Source: Candidatus Krumholzibacteriia bacterium
GTDB taxonomy: Bacteria > Krumholzibacteriota > Krumholzibacteriia > LZORAL124-64-63
Reading direction: 5' to 3'
Assembly: GCA_046484865.1 (NCBI GenBank)
Contig: JAWOID010000123.1
Span: 1-61,483, forward strand
DNA length: 61,483 nucleotides
Below the pieces are notes generated by a model, which was not told where the DNA came from, searched no databases, and saw nothing but the letters and a program-made list of their open reading frames with translations. Positions 8,757 to 18,207 of this stretch are shown here, piece by piece. Position 1 is the stretch's first letter; each line of letters begins with the position of its first letter. A program made the translations under genes and the position numbers.

Positions 8757-11700
8757 TCAGCCTCCTTCCGGTCGCACAGGCCGCGGGTGCAGCTTGCCGG
8801 CCAGACGCGGCGGCAGCGCTCGCTCCTCCAGCCGGCAGATGCCCAGGAATCCGCAGTGACGGCAGGGCGGATCGCCGGCCGCCTCGCCGACGAGATGGAG
8901 GGGAACCAGCGGGTAGTCGGCCTCGGGCGCCAGCATGCCGCCGGCCAGCCGCAGCAGCTCGCAGGCTCCGGCCAGGAGCACCGGGCGGCCCGCACCGCCC
9001 GCGCCGCTCCAGTGCGGCCCCGATGCGAGCGGTCCCACCTCGCTCGAGTGCAATCCGTAGTAGCACGCCTCGTGCACGGCGGCGCCGGCCGGAACCTGCT
9101 TCACCGCGCCGCACTCCATCGCCAGCACGTACAGCACGAGTTGCAGGTCCTTGCCGTCCTTCACGGCGCGCGCGCCCGGCGGCGTGCCGGTCTTGTAGTC
9201 GATCACCGCCACCCGACCGGGATCGGCCGCGAGAGAGTCCACGCGGTCGACGCGACCGGTCACCAGCACGTTCTCCGCGCCGGCCGGCAGACCACCGGGG
9301 ACGCCCGCCGGTTGCCCGCCCGCCGTGCGCTCCTGCCGCCCGTCGCCGGCCATCTGCGCCCGGTGCTCGCGCTCGACCCAGTCGCGCAGGTCCGCCAGCG
9401 GCAGCGCGAAGTCCGCCTCCAGCGCGAGCGGACGCCATCGGCGCCATCGGTCGCACTCCACCTGCGCCACCTGCCGCGCCATCCGCGCGAAGGCGCACCA
9501 CCAGAGGCGCCGCTGAGGCAGGTCGTCCGCACCGCCGGCCACGCGCTCCTCCGCCAGCTCGAGCAGGACCCGCTCCGCCCGCGTCACATCGCCGGCCGCG
9601 ATCGCGGCCAGCCCGAGACCGCCGGCCGCCAGGAAGTCACGCAGGGTCTCGTGCACGCGGCTGCCGTAGTCCTGGCGCCGGAACGCCGCCACCACGTCCT
9701 CCTCCTGGCGCAGCCGCAGCCGTCGCTCCAGGAACCAGCGGTGCGGACAGTCGGCGAAGGTCCCGATCTGGGAGTGGCTGATGCTCGCCACGGGCGGAAG
9801 GCTCGCGGAGGCCGCAGACCCCGCCCGCTCGGCGCGGAACGTGTGCTCGCGCGCAGCCAGGTCCCGGGACGACGGCACCGCGGCGTTCACGGGGCGCCAC
9901 GACGGCGGCGGCGGCGCCTCGGGGAACGGATCGGGACGGCCGAGGCCGAGCCGCACCAGGAACGGCGATGGCAGCGTGGGTTGCCCCTGGCGCTCGCGCG
10001 GCCAGCTCAGCCGCACCTCGTCGGCCGCGTGCAGCAGGCGCAGGAACAGCTCGGCCTGTTCGCCCTGCCGTTCTCGCCAGCCGGGCAGGCCGAGCCGGCG
10101 GCGCAGCCGATCGCCGAGGAATACCGGGCGAGGTTGCCGGCCCGGAAACACGTCGTCGGCAAGTCCGGCCACCAGCAGCAGGTCATAGCGCTCCAGACGC
10201 GCCTCCAGCAGCCCGGTCACCTGCACGGGGAGGAACGGCTCGCGGTGCGGCCGCACCTCCTCGGTCCGGATCAGACGCAACAGCTCGGCGGCCCAGACGC
10301 GGCGCGCCAGCGGTGGCAGGGCCGCCGGTGGTCGCTCCAGCGCCGCCGCCGCGAGGCGGTCCAGGAGCCCGGCGAGCGCGGCCAGGTCCTGCCGTTCGGA
10401 TGCGCCGCCCCCGCCCTCGAGCGAGCATCCCGGTGCGAGCCGCGCCCAGGTCTCGGTGAAGCGCGCCCCCCAAACGTCGGCTCCCTCGGCGGCGCGGTCC
10501 GTGGCGCCGGTCAGCGGCGCGAACGCCCGCACGAGGGTCTCGACGAAAACCGCCATGCCGCCCCCGCCCCGGACCTCGTCGGCATGCTCGTCCCAGTCGC
10601 GCGCGCGGCGCCTGAGCGCAGCCAGCGTGGGAGTGCTCTGGCGCCGGATCATCGCTTCGAGACGCAGCGCCCACCACCGCCGGTCGGCCCCGGTACGCCC
10701 GAGGGTCACGTCGGGATGCGTGATCACCTCCACCAGTTCCGCCGGCCGCAACCCCGTCTGCACCGCCTGGACGATGGCATGGGCCAGCACGCCGGCCGGG
10801 AGCCGGCCCAGCGAGACGCCGCCCGAGTCGTCGACGTCGACGCCCGCGTCGCGCAGGTGGGCGATGATCCGGGCGGCCAGGGCCCGATCCGCCGTGGCGA
10901 CGCCGATGCGCGCACGCCCGCCGTCCCGCGCCAGCCGTTCCACCACGGCCGCCGCCGCCGTGGCCGCCTCGTGCTCCGGATCCGCGCAGGAGACGACGCC
11001 CACCCGGCCCCCTTCCGCGAGTTCCGCCTCGACCTCCGGTCCCAGGGCGGCCAGGCGATCCGCCAGGCACGACAGGTCCGCGGCCGCCGTCGAACCGGGC
11101 CCCGCCGCCCCGGGATGCTCGGCCGCGTCGTCCAGAAGGCGCGCCAGAGCCCGCCCCGATGGACCGTCCGGGGCGAGCGCCGGATCGGAGGCCGCATAGG
11201 TGGCCAGCATCCGGCGCGCGAGAGGGTCGGAAAATGCGGGCACCAGCACGTGACCTTTTGCGCTGCCGAGCAGGGCGCGCACCAGACGCGCCTCCAGCGG
11301 ATCGAGGCGGCTGAAGCCGGCGACCACCACGAGCGCCGGCGCCGGCGGCGAAACGCCGTGCTCGGCGACGAGAGCCGCAACCCCGGCCAGCAGGTCGGTG
11401 CCATCGCGGGGCACGGCAGCGCGGTACAGCCGCCAGGCGTCGGCGAGCCGCGACCGATCGCGCTCGAACAGCTCGACCTCGTTCGCGCCCACGGCCAGCT
11501 CGGTCGCGGCGTCCTCGCCCAGCAGGAGGTCGAGCGCCTGGTGGCGGCGCAGGTCGTCGAAGAGGTCGACCAGCTCCTCGGCCATTCCGGCCGCCGCGCC
11601 GTCGCCCGGCGTGGTCCACGGCAAGCCCGCGAGCCGCAGGCCGAGCCGCGTCGCCGCCAGGTCGTCGGCCGCCGGATGGACCTCGAGAGCCGGCGCGAGG

Positions 11701-11930
11701 CGTGCCGCCAGTTCGCCGGGTGTGGTGATCGCAGGCAGGAGCAGCGCGCTCCGTCCGGAGAGCTCGAGGAGCCGGTGCTTCAGGGAGGTCCCCGCGCGCC
11801 GCGACGGCAGCAGCACCAGCGCTGCGGTCATGTCCCCCTCGGCCGTGCCGGGGCAGCGGTCGAGCAGCAGCTCGGCGGCTGCATCCAGCGTGGACCGGCT
11901 CAGCGGGATCTCGTGCACGGCGACGGACAA
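8757..11930 (-). CDS. addB: AddB-like inactive helicase + PD-(D/E)XK nuclease with Fe-S staple
   Basis: VLLPSRRAG N-terminal motif, GLLEARL, ISHSQIGTFADCPHRWF, GRVDRVD..VIDYKTG, LQLVLY, C-terminal CRHCGFLGIC (4 Cys total). Start uncertain (TTG 11930 after GAGGT; alternatives 11990, 12014, 12035). Confidence 0.85.
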   Translation of the reverse strand: MSVAVHEIPLSRSTLDAAAELLLDRCPGTAEGDMTAALVLLPSRRAGTSLKHRLLELSGRSALLLPAITTPGELAARLAPALEVHPAADDLAATRLGLRLAGLPWTTPGDGAAAGMAEELVDLFDDLRRHQALDLLLGEDAATELAVGANEVELFERDRSRLADAWRLYRAAVPRDGTDLLAGVAALVAEHGVSPPAPALVVVAGFSRLDPLEARLVRALLGSAKGHVLVPAFSDPLARRMLATYAASDPALAPDGPSGRALARLLDDAAEHPGAAGPGSTAAADLSCLADRLAALGPEVEAELAEGGRVGVVSCADPEHEAATAAAAVVERLARDGGRARIGVATADRALAARIIAHLRDAGVDVDDSGGVSLGRLPAGVLAHAIVQAVQTGLRPAELVEVITHPDVTLGRTGADRRWWALRLEAMIRRQSTPTLAALRRRARDWDEHADEVRGGGGMAVFVETLVRAFAPLTGATDRAAEGADVWGARFTETWARLAPGCSLEGGGGASERQDLAALAGLLDRLAAAALERPPAALPPLARRVWAAELLRLIRTEEVRPHREPFLPVQVTGLLEARLERYDLLLVAGLADDVFPGRQPRPVFLGDRLRRRLGLPGWRERQGEQAELFLRLLHAADEVRLSWPRERQGQPTLPSPFLVRLGLGRPDPFPEAPPPPSWRPVNAAVPSSRDLAAREHTFRAERAGSAASASLPPVASISHSQIGTFADCPHRWFLERRLRLRQEEDVVAAFRRQDYGSRVHETLRDFLAAGGLGLAAIAAGDVTRAERVLLELAEERVAGGADDLPQRRLWWCAFARMARQVAQVECDRWRRWRPLALEADFALPLADLRDWVEREHRAQMAGDGRQERTAGGQPAGVPGGLPAGAENVLVTGRVDRVDSLAADPGRVAVIDYKTGTPPGARAVKDGKDLQLVLYVLAMECGAVKQVPAGAAVHEACYYGLHSSEVGPLASGPHWSGAGGAGRPVLLAGACELLRLAGGMLAPEADYPLVPLHLVGEAAGDPPCRHCGFLGICRLEERALPPRLAGKLHPRPVRPEGG

Positions 11931-11985
11931 GACGGGATCGACCTCGGGCTGCGCGGGATCGGGGCGAGGAGCGGCGGCTGCGCGA

Positions 11986-12014
11986 ACCATAGCACGCCGT
12001 CGGCCGCCGGTCAT
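11986..12014 (-). promoter_or_regulatory. Possible internal promoter for addBA
   Basis: ATGACC (12014-12009), 17-bp spacer ending in TGC, TATGGT (11991-11986): extended -10 TGnTATGGT. Confidence 0.4.
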
Positions 12015-12031
12015 CCCCCTCGAGCCGCCGG

Positions 12032-13405
12032 TCACCCCCCTCGAGCCCTCGGTCGAGACCGTCCCGGCGGCAGGTGCAGCGCGGAGACGAGCAGGCCCGG
12101 GAAGATGGCCTCTACTCCCAGGAAGGGGGCGCCGCGACCGGCCAGCAGCCAGCCCGCCGTGACGGCGCCGGTGACCGCCATCAGCCAGGCGGTGCGCCGC
12201 GGAGGTCGTTCGCGCCCGGCCTGGGCGAGGGCCAGCGGCACCAGCAGCACCGGCGTGGCCACCGAGCCCAGGTGGTACCAGAGCCCGACCACCGATCGGG
12301 CCGTCAGCGCGAGCACCACCGCCAGTGCCGCCGTCACCACCAGCCCCGCGCGGATCCACGCCAGCGGGGGCTCTGCCTCCTCCCGGGGCACGCCGGCCGG
12401 CGCCCGCCAGCGCCCCATCAGATCGCGCCCCAGGGTGATGGCGCATACGAAGGCGTAGCTGTCCACGGTGGACATGATGGTCGCCAGCAATCCCACCAGG
12501 AACACGCCCTGCCAGAACGGAGCGAGCGTGGCCGCGGCCAGGGCGGGGAAGGCCGCCACCGGCTGGTCCAGATCGGGCAGCACCGCGCGCGCATAGAGCC
12601 CGGCCGCGGTCGTGAGCGCGTCGAACACCAGCCAGAAGCCGATCGCCAGGAGGATGCCGCGCCGCGCCGTGCGCTCATCGCGGGCCGCGTAGCACCGCTG
12701 GTAGAACGTGGGCTCGACCAGCGTCTGCAGGGCGATGAAGTACCACACCGCCAGGGCCTGCCACGGCTGCCCCCCGGCGGGCTGCAGGTGACCGGCCGGC
12801 AGCGACGCCGCCAGGAACGACCAGCCGCCCCAGCGCGCCACGCAGGCAGGCACCAGCACCAGGAACGCCAGGAACATGAGCGCGAGTTGCACCATGTCCG
12901 TGCCCACGATCGCGCGCAGACCGCCCCGGAACACGTAGCTCACCGAGAGAGCGGTGCCCACCGTCACGCCGACCCACAGCGGATACCCGGTGGCCAGCTG
13001 CACGAGGACGCCGAGCATCAGGACGTATGCCGCGGGTGCCGTCATCACGGCCAGCACCGCGGCCGCGGCGAGTGCCGCGGGACGTCCGTGGGCGCGTTCG
13101 AGCTGATCGGGGATGGTCAGGGCGCGGCTGCGGCGGGCGCGGCCCGCCATGAAGAAGGCGAAGAGACCGGCCGCGAGGTAATACGGCAATCCGAACACGA
13201 ACCAGCTGGCCAGGCCGTATGTCCAGCCGTATTCCCCCACGCCGAGGATGCCGCCGTACCAGGTGGCCACCAGCGAGGCGGTGAAGCCGGGCAGCGAGAG
13301 TCGCCGGCCGGCCACGATGTAGTCGGCGGCATCGCCCGCCGGGCGCCGGAAGAGCCGCGCCACGGCGTAGATCAGGAAGAGCGCATAGACCGCCGCCGCA
13401 ATCAT
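12032..13405 (-). CDS. Sodium:solute symporter (SSS) family, probable thiamine/precursor transporter
   Basis: DYIVAGRRL, SLVATWYGG, GGLRAIVGTD, FYQRCYAAR, LLATIMSTVDS SSS motifs; many TM helices; in a TPP-riboswitch operon. Confidence 0.85.
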   Translation of the reverse strand: MIAAAVYALFLIYAVARLFRRPAGDAADYIVAGRRLSLPGFTASLVATWYGGILGVGEYGWTYGLASWFVFGLPYYLAAGLFAFFMAGRARRSRALTIPDQLERAHGRPAALAAAAVLAVMTAPAAYVLMLGVLVQLATGYPLWVGVTVGTALSVSYVFRGGLRAIVGTDMVQLALMFLAFLVLVPACVARWGGWSFLAASLPAGHLQPAGGQPWQALAVWYFIALQTLVEPTFYQRCYAARDERTARRGILLAIGFWLVFDALTTAAGLYARAVLPDLDQPVAAFPALAAATLAPFWQGVFLVGLLATIMSTVDSYAFVCAITLGRDLMGRWRAPAGVPREEAEPPLAWIRAGLVVTAALAVVLALTARSVVGLWYHLGSVATPVLLVPLALAQAGRERPPRRTAWLMAVTGAVTAGWLLAGRGAPFLGVEAIFPGLLVSALHLPPGRSRPRARGG

Positions 13406-13406
13406 C

Positions 13407-14177
13407 TCATCGCGGATCGTCGGGCTCGTCGGCGTCGGCATCCGGATCGAGGTCCGGGTCGAGGTCGGCGTCGTCGCCGGCCGTCTCGGCGGGGCCGCGT
13501 TCCACCGACACGATCAGCGACCCTTCGCGCAGCGAGAGCAGGAGCGGCGACTGCACCACCTGGTTGCTGATGGTCGCGGGGCCACCCACGAACACCTCGC
13601 CGCCCAGCACGGGGTAGCGCGCGCCCTCCAGCACCACGCCCCGCACGGGGCCCGCCAGCGGCAGCAGCGAGAAGCGCGTGTTCACCGGCAGGTTCCAGGC
13701 GATCGGATCATCCGGCGCCACGCGCACGCAATCGGCGTCGTAGGTGGCCAGGCAGATGCGCATCCGGCCCGCGAACCGCTCCAGGAGGTGACAGTTGTAC
13801 AGGGTGTGGTCCAGCCGCCAGCCGTCGGCCGCCACCATCACCGCCTCACTGAACCCCTCGCTCTCCAGGTAGAGCAGCGCCTTCTCGGAGTCGGTGGTGT
13901 CCTGGTCGTCCACCTGCAGGAAGCGCGGCCCTTCGCGACCGGAGAGGATGCGTCCGGTGAGGGAATCGAAGTCGCCGATGACCACGTGCGGCTTCACCGG
14001 CAGGTGGTCGTACGGATATCCGGCAGCATCGGTGCAGACGAAGAGGTCGGCGCCGGTGAGCCAGTACTCCAGCAGGTCGTCGTCGGGCGGCGGGCCGTCG
14101 CACAGCACCACGGCCCGCCGCCCTCGTTGCGGAAAGATGGGGCACGCCGCCCCGCCCTTCTCCTGATCGTAGATCAT
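13407..14177 (-). CDS. thiN: Thiamine diphosphokinase (thiamine pyrophosphokinase)
   Basis: CTDAA, IGDFDS, DQDTTDSEKAL, GWRLDHTLYN, FSLLPL, GARYP, TISNQ; operon context. Confidence 0.9.
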   Translation of the reverse strand: MIYDQEKGGAACPIFPQRGRRAVVLCDGPPPDDDLLEYWLTGADLFVCTDAAGYPYDHLPVKPHVVIGDFDSLTGRILSGREGPRFLQVDDQDTTDSEKALLYLESEGFSEAVMVAADGWRLDHTLYNCHLLERFAGRMRICLATYDADCVRVAPDDPIAWNLPVNTRFSLLPLAGPVRGVVLEGARYPVLGGEVFVGGPATISNQVVQSPLLLSLREGSLIVSVERGPAETAGDDADLDPDLDPDADADEPDDPR

Positions 14178-14204
14178 GCGGCTCTCCGGATCGGTGATCC
14201 CGCG

Positions 14205-16586
14205 TCAGAACTCGTAACGCACGCCCGCCAGGTAATGACGCGGCGCGGCGGGCAATTTCTGGTTGCCGGGCACGGCCGCGAACAGGTCATAGTATCCCCA
14301 GGTCTCGTACTCCGCGTCCAGCACATTGAAGACCTGCAGGTACGCCGTCAATCCGGTCGACCCGCCGGCTCCCTGCGTGCCCCCCAGCCGCCACTGCAGA
14401 CCCAGGTCCAGCCGCGCCCATGGATCGATGGTCCGCTCGTCGCTGCCGGTATTGTCCAGGTGCTGCCGGCCGGCCGTTCGCAGGCGCACGTCGGTGACCA
14501 GCGGCCCCCACTCGCTGACCACGCTCGCCGACGCCAGGTACTCCGGAAAGAGCGCGATGCGATTGCCGGAGAAGTCCGCCGCAACTCCCTCGGCGGTCTC
14601 GTGGAGGAACTTCTGGTGTCGGTCCCAGCTGCGCGAGAGCGCCACCGCCAGGGTATGGCGTCGACCCAGCCAGGCTCGCAGCCCCAGCTCGATGCCGCGG
14701 TGATACGTCTGCTCGGCGTTCACCCGCTCCTGGTAGCCGATCTCGTCGATGATGCCGGTGACGACGATCTCGTCGTCCACCTCGGTCCAGTATCCGTTCA
14801 CGGTGAGCGACACACGCTCGCCGCGCCAGACCACGCCCGCTTCCCAGTTGACGAAGCGTTCCTCCACCACCTGCGGGTCGGACCATTCCAGGCGGCGCAC
14901 CTCGCCGCCGGGACCGCGGACCGTGTCCACCGTGGCGAAGAGCGGCGTCACGCCGAGATCCTCGGGTCCCTGCCAGGCGTCCCAGAGGTCGCGCGACGAC
15001 GGCTCCTGGTGGGTGACGGCCACGTGGCCGTAGACGCCCAGACTGCCGGAGCCCACGCGTCCGGGCAGTTCCCAGAAGAGGCCGCCCTTGGGATTGAAGA
15101 AGTCGTATTCCACCTCATAGGCGTTGAGCAGGGCGCCGCGGAAGCTGCCGACGGGGTTCTGCTGGAACTCGTAGCGGCGGTACTGATACTGGAGGTCGGC
15201 CAGCAGGGTCAGGCGCGGCAGGACCTCGTAGCGTTCGTTGACGAAGGCGGACCAGGCCACCTTGTCGCCGGTGAAATCGTGGTAGGTGAGCCCGTCGATG
15301 GTGGCGTCGGTGCCGAACCCCTCCACCCACATGACGTCGCCCCAGTGACGGCTCTGGAAGGTATAGGCGTCGCCGCCCGCCACCAGCCGCCCCCGCGGAT
15401 GGTCCCACGCCACGCTGGGCACCCAGCCGACCTGGTCCTTGTCGACCCAGAGCTGGCGCACCAGGCGGGGCTGGGCGGTATCGGCGAGGCCGAGGTAGAA
15501 GTCGAGACTGTAGCGCTGCGCCCAGTCGGCGTCCCAGGGCGACGGCTGCACGAGGTTCTCGTAGTAGCCCTCGCCGTGGATGAGGTAGACCGAGTTGCGC
15601 AGCAGCACGTCGTCGGCCAGGTCCACCTCGTGGTGGACCTGGTACTGAGGCTGGCGGAAGTCGTCCACCGCGTTGTGGTAGGTCTCGGGATTGAAGGTGC
15701 GATCGTTCTCCAGCCGCTGCTCGTCGATGGCCCACCAGGCATGCTGCGTGACCTCGTGCCCCGTGAAGACGTGCGCCGTGAGGCGGTGACCGTTCGCCTG
15801 ATAGCGTCCGCTCCAGAACACCGCCCACAGCTCGCTGCCGGAACGGTCGCGCGACCCGTCGCTCTCGATCTGACTGATGCGCAGGCCGGTGGCGAACCTC
15901 TCGCCGAGATTGCCGGTCTGGTAGCTGAGGGTGCGCCGGCTGGTGCCGAAGCTCCCGGTCTCCAGGGCGAAGCGGCCGTCGGGGTGATCGTCAAGCAGTT
16001 CCGTCACCAGGTTCACCGTGCCGCCCACCGCGGTCACGCCCCCGATGGAGTTCGTGATCCCGCGCTGCACCTGGATGTCCTCGAGGCTGGATGCGAGATC
16101 GGGCAGGTTCACCCAGTAGACCTTCTGGTCCTCGGGATCGTTCAGGGGAATGCCGTTGACCAGCACACCGACCTTGCGCTGGTCGAAACCGCGGATGTTC
16201 AGGTAGGTGTAGCCGATGCCGTTGCCCGCGTCGCTGTACGCGAACAGGCCCGGCACGCCCTCGAGCAGCATGGGGATGTCGCGACTGGTCTGGCGCAGCC
16301 GGATCTGCGCCTCGGTGAGGTTGGTCTGGCTCAGGTGGACGTCGGTGTCGTAGCGCGACGCGGTGACCACCACGTCGTCGGCATAGAACTGGAGTGCGGC
16401 GTCAACGGAGTCGGGAGGGGCGAGGACGGCGGCCTCGGGCGGGGGCTGGAGGCCGGCGCCGGCGGTCGCGGGGGACGCTGCCGCGGCAGATCCGGCCGTG
16501 CCGACGGCAGGGACGGTCAGGGAGAGGGCGATCGAGGTCGCCACGGTCCCGGCCACCCCGAGGAACGTGCGCGCGCGAGCGAGCAT
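14205..16586 (-). CDS. TonB-dependent receptor, probable thiamine uptake
   Basis: Signal peptide; VVVTASR, plug IRGFDQ...NGIPLNDPED...IQVQRG; C-terminal YLAGVRYEF; directly downstream of TPP riboswitch; ATG 16586 after GAGGTG. Confidence 0.9.
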   Translation of the reverse strand: MLARARTFLGVAGTVATSIALSLTVPAVGTAGSAAAASPATAGAGLQPPPEAAVLAPPDSVDAALQFYADDVVVTASRYDTDVHLSQTNLTEAQIRLRQTSRDIPMLLEGVPGLFAYSDAGNGIGYTYLNIRGFDQRKVGVLVNGIPLNDPEDQKVYWVNLPDLASSLEDIQVQRGITNSIGGVTAVGGTVNLVTELLDDHPDGRFALETGSFGTSRRTLSYQTGNLGERFATGLRISQIESDGSRDRSGSELWAVFWSGRYQANGHRLTAHVFTGHEVTQHAWWAIDEQRLENDRTFNPETYHNAVDDFRQPQYQVHHEVDLADDVLLRNSVYLIHGEGYYENLVQPSPWDADWAQRYSLDFYLGLADTAQPRLVRQLWVDKDQVGWVPSVAWDHPRGRLVAGGDAYTFQSRHWGDVMWVEGFGTDATIDGLTYHDFTGDKVAWSAFVNERYEVLPRLTLLADLQYQYRRYEFQQNPVGSFRGALLNAYEVEYDFFNPKGGLFWELPGRVGSGSLGVYGHVAVTHQEPSSRDLWDAWQGPEDLGVTPLFATVDTVRGPGGEVRRLEWSDPQVVEERFVNWEAGVVWRGERVSLTVNGYWTEVDDEIVVTGIIDEIGYQERVNAEQTYHRGIELGLRAWLGRRHTLAVALSRSWDRHQKFLHETAEGVAADFSGNRIALFPEYLASASVVSEWGPLVTDVRLRTAGRQHLDNTGSDERTIDPWARLDLGLQWRLGGTQGAGGSTGLTAYLQVFNVLDAEYETWGYYDLFAAVPGNQKLPAAPRHYLAGVRYEF

Positions 16587-16619
16587 GATCTCACCTCGGT
16601 GGTTCGATGCCGGGGAGCC

Positions 16620-16655
16620 GAAAAAAACGAGACCGGCTCCGCGATGGGCCGGTGG
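16620..16655 (-). terminator. Expression-platform terminator of the TPP riboswitch
   Basis: Minus strand ACCGGC-CCATCGCGGA-GCCGGT-CTCG-TTTTTTT between aptamer and start codon. Confidence 0.6.
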
Positions 16656-16673
16656 CATGAGGAGAGCGAGATT

Positions 16674-16750
16674 CCCGTTTCCCTACGCCGGCATGACCCG
16701 GGTCAGGTTCCAAGGGTGTCATCTCAGGCCTTCCAGCCACCCCTAACGGA
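16674..16750 (-). ncRNA. TPP riboswitch (THI element)
   Basis: Minus strand AGGGGTG...CTGAGATGACACCCTTGGAACCTGACCCGGGTCATGCCGGCGTAGGGAA carries the conserved TPP aptamer motifs; upstream of thiamine genes. Confidence 0.95.
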
Positions 16751-16757
16751 CCGGTCC

Positions 16758-16786
16758 AGTCTAGCCGGCGGACCGGCGCGCGTCAA
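16758..16786 (-). promoter_or_regulatory. Sigma70 promoter of the thiamine operon
   Basis: TTGACG (16786-16781), 17 bp, TAGACT (16763-16758), immediately before the riboswitch. Confidence 0.7.
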
Positions 16787-16804
16787 GCCGGAGGCCTCCC
16801 GCGG

Positions 16805-16834
16805 TTGCACGGATGCCCCACCCGCGCCTATGCT
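16805..16834 (+). promoter_or_regulatory. Divergent sigma70-like promoter, possibly giving a leaderless mRNA
   Basis: TTGCAC (16805-16810), 18 bp, TATGCT (16829-16834); ATG 7 nt downstream with no SD. Confidence 0.45.
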
Positions 16835-16841
16835 CGGCAGC

Positions 16842-17222
16842 ATGAACGAACTCCTGCCCGGCTCCGCTCTCGTATTCACGTTCCAGCGCGACGTGCGCCT
16901 CTTCGCGCGACGGCGCGAGGTGGTCCGGCGCGTGGAGAAGGAGCGTCTGTCGGTGGAGCTGGCGCCGGAGCAGCTCTTCCATCCCGGCGGTCCCTGCGAC
17001 GGGTCGGTGCGGCTGGGAAACCTGCGGGTCAGCGAGTTCCTCGCCGACGGCAGCGAGGTGACCCGCGCCGTGCTGCAGGCCGGCGCCGTCTTCCGGGTGC
17101 GCCTCGCGGCGGAGGCTGCGCCCGGCTCCGGGTACGACCTCGATCGGCTCGTGCTGATGGCGCTCGGCGAGACGGAGCTGTGGATCGTTCCGCCGGGTCG
17201 TCTGGTCGAGGCCGGCCTCTGA
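16842..17222 (+). CDS. Small stand-alone cyclic-nucleotide-binding (Crp-like) domain protein, degenerate
   Basis: C-terminal 126 aa of ORF 13788..17222; LFHPGGPCDG..LGNLRVSEFLADGSEVTRAVLQAGAVF...MALGETELWIVP follows the cNMP beta-roll pattern. Confidence 0.55.
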   Translation: MNELLPGSALVFTFQRDVRLFARRREVVRRVEKERLSVELAPEQLFHPGGPCDGSVRLGNLRVSEFLADGSEVTRAVLQAGAVFRVRLAAEAAPGSGYDLDRLVLMALGETELWIVPPGRLVEAGL

Positions 17223-17339
17223 CGGCCCGATGATCACGGCTCGCCCGTGGCGATCGGAGTCCCGCCGCCGGAGCGGCGACGAGCCGGAATCGTGCGGACC
17301 TGAATTCGTCAGCAACCGGTTCGAGCGGAAGGACGATCC

Positions 17340-18053
17340 ATGACGGCGATGCATATCCTGATCACGAGCGTGCTCCTGGTCCTCGCCTCCTTCACGCCGG
17401 CGACGGCGGCAGACGCCCCGTCCAGGCCTGCGCCGGACGTGGCCGCTCTCGCGGCCCAGGCACCGGAACAGCCCCTGCCGGCTCCGAGCGGAGGCGGCCG
17501 GCCGCTGCAGGAGTGCCTGGCCGACCGCCGCACCGATCGAACCTTCGCGGAGGACCGACCGCTCGACCGGCAACAACTCGCCGATCTGCTGTGGGCCGCG
17601 TGCGGAATCAACCGGCCCGAGAGCGGGAAGCGGACCGCGCCGTCGGCTCGCAACTGGCAGGAGGTGGACGTCTATCTGACGCTGCCGGAAGGCGCCTTCC
17701 TCTACTGGCCCACCACCCACTCCCTGCAGCGGGTGAGCCCCCGCGACCTGCGCGCCGTGGCCGGGCGACAGGCGTTCTGCGCCACCGCCCCGCTGAACCT
17801 GGTCTTCGTCGCGGACGCCCGGCGGATGGCCGGCTGCCCCGACGACCTGCGCGACCTCTACATGGGGGCGGACACCGCGTTCATGGCGCAGAACGTCTAC
17901 TTGCAGTGCGCCTCGACCGGGCTGGCGTGCGTGGTCCGTGGCTTGATCGACCGCGAGGCCATCCACGAGGCGCTGGCGCTGGCGCCGGAGCAGCGGGTGA
18001 CTCTCTGCATGACCGTCGGGCACCGGGCCGCGGACGATCCGCCGGAGCGGTAG
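17340..18053 (+). CDS. SagB/ThcOx-type nitroreductase family protein with signal peptide
   Basis: LADRRTDRTF, LLWAACGINR, RTAPSARNWQE, MAQNVYL. Confidence 0.85.
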   Translation: MTAMHILITSVLLVLASFTPATAADAPSRPAPDVAALAAQAPEQPLPAPSGGGRPLQECLADRRTDRTFAEDRPLDRQQLADLLWAACGINRPESGKRTAPSARNWQEVDVYLTLPEGAFLYWPTTHSLQRVSPRDLRAVAGRQAFCATAPLNLVFVADARRMAGCPDDLRDLYMGADTAFMAQNVYLQCASTGLACVVRGLIDREAIHEALALAPEQRVTLCMTVGHRAADDPPER

Positions 18054-18207
18054 CCCGGCGCCCGTTCGGCCGTATGCCTGGTGTCGGTTTCGGCGAAGCC
18101 ATAGATCCCATCGGATCGCTTCGTGGCAGCCCCGCGACGAATGTCGTAAGTGTTGCAGGGATCCACCGGCGCCGGACACATTCTCGCTGGCACGACGGGA
18201 GGTCTGC

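Noticed and set aside
8787..12458. Very long antisense or alternative-frame ORFs (e.g. 8787..12458 +, 13788..16841 part, 37748..41134 +, 5669..8269 -)
   Set aside because: Shadow ORFs typical of high-GC DNA; they overlap well-supported genes and lack recognisable motifs
17340..18053. SagB/ThcOx-like gene as a sign of a thiazole/oxazole RiPP cluster
   Set aside because: No YcaO or precursor peptide nearby, and the protein has a signal peptide; an ordinary nitroreductase
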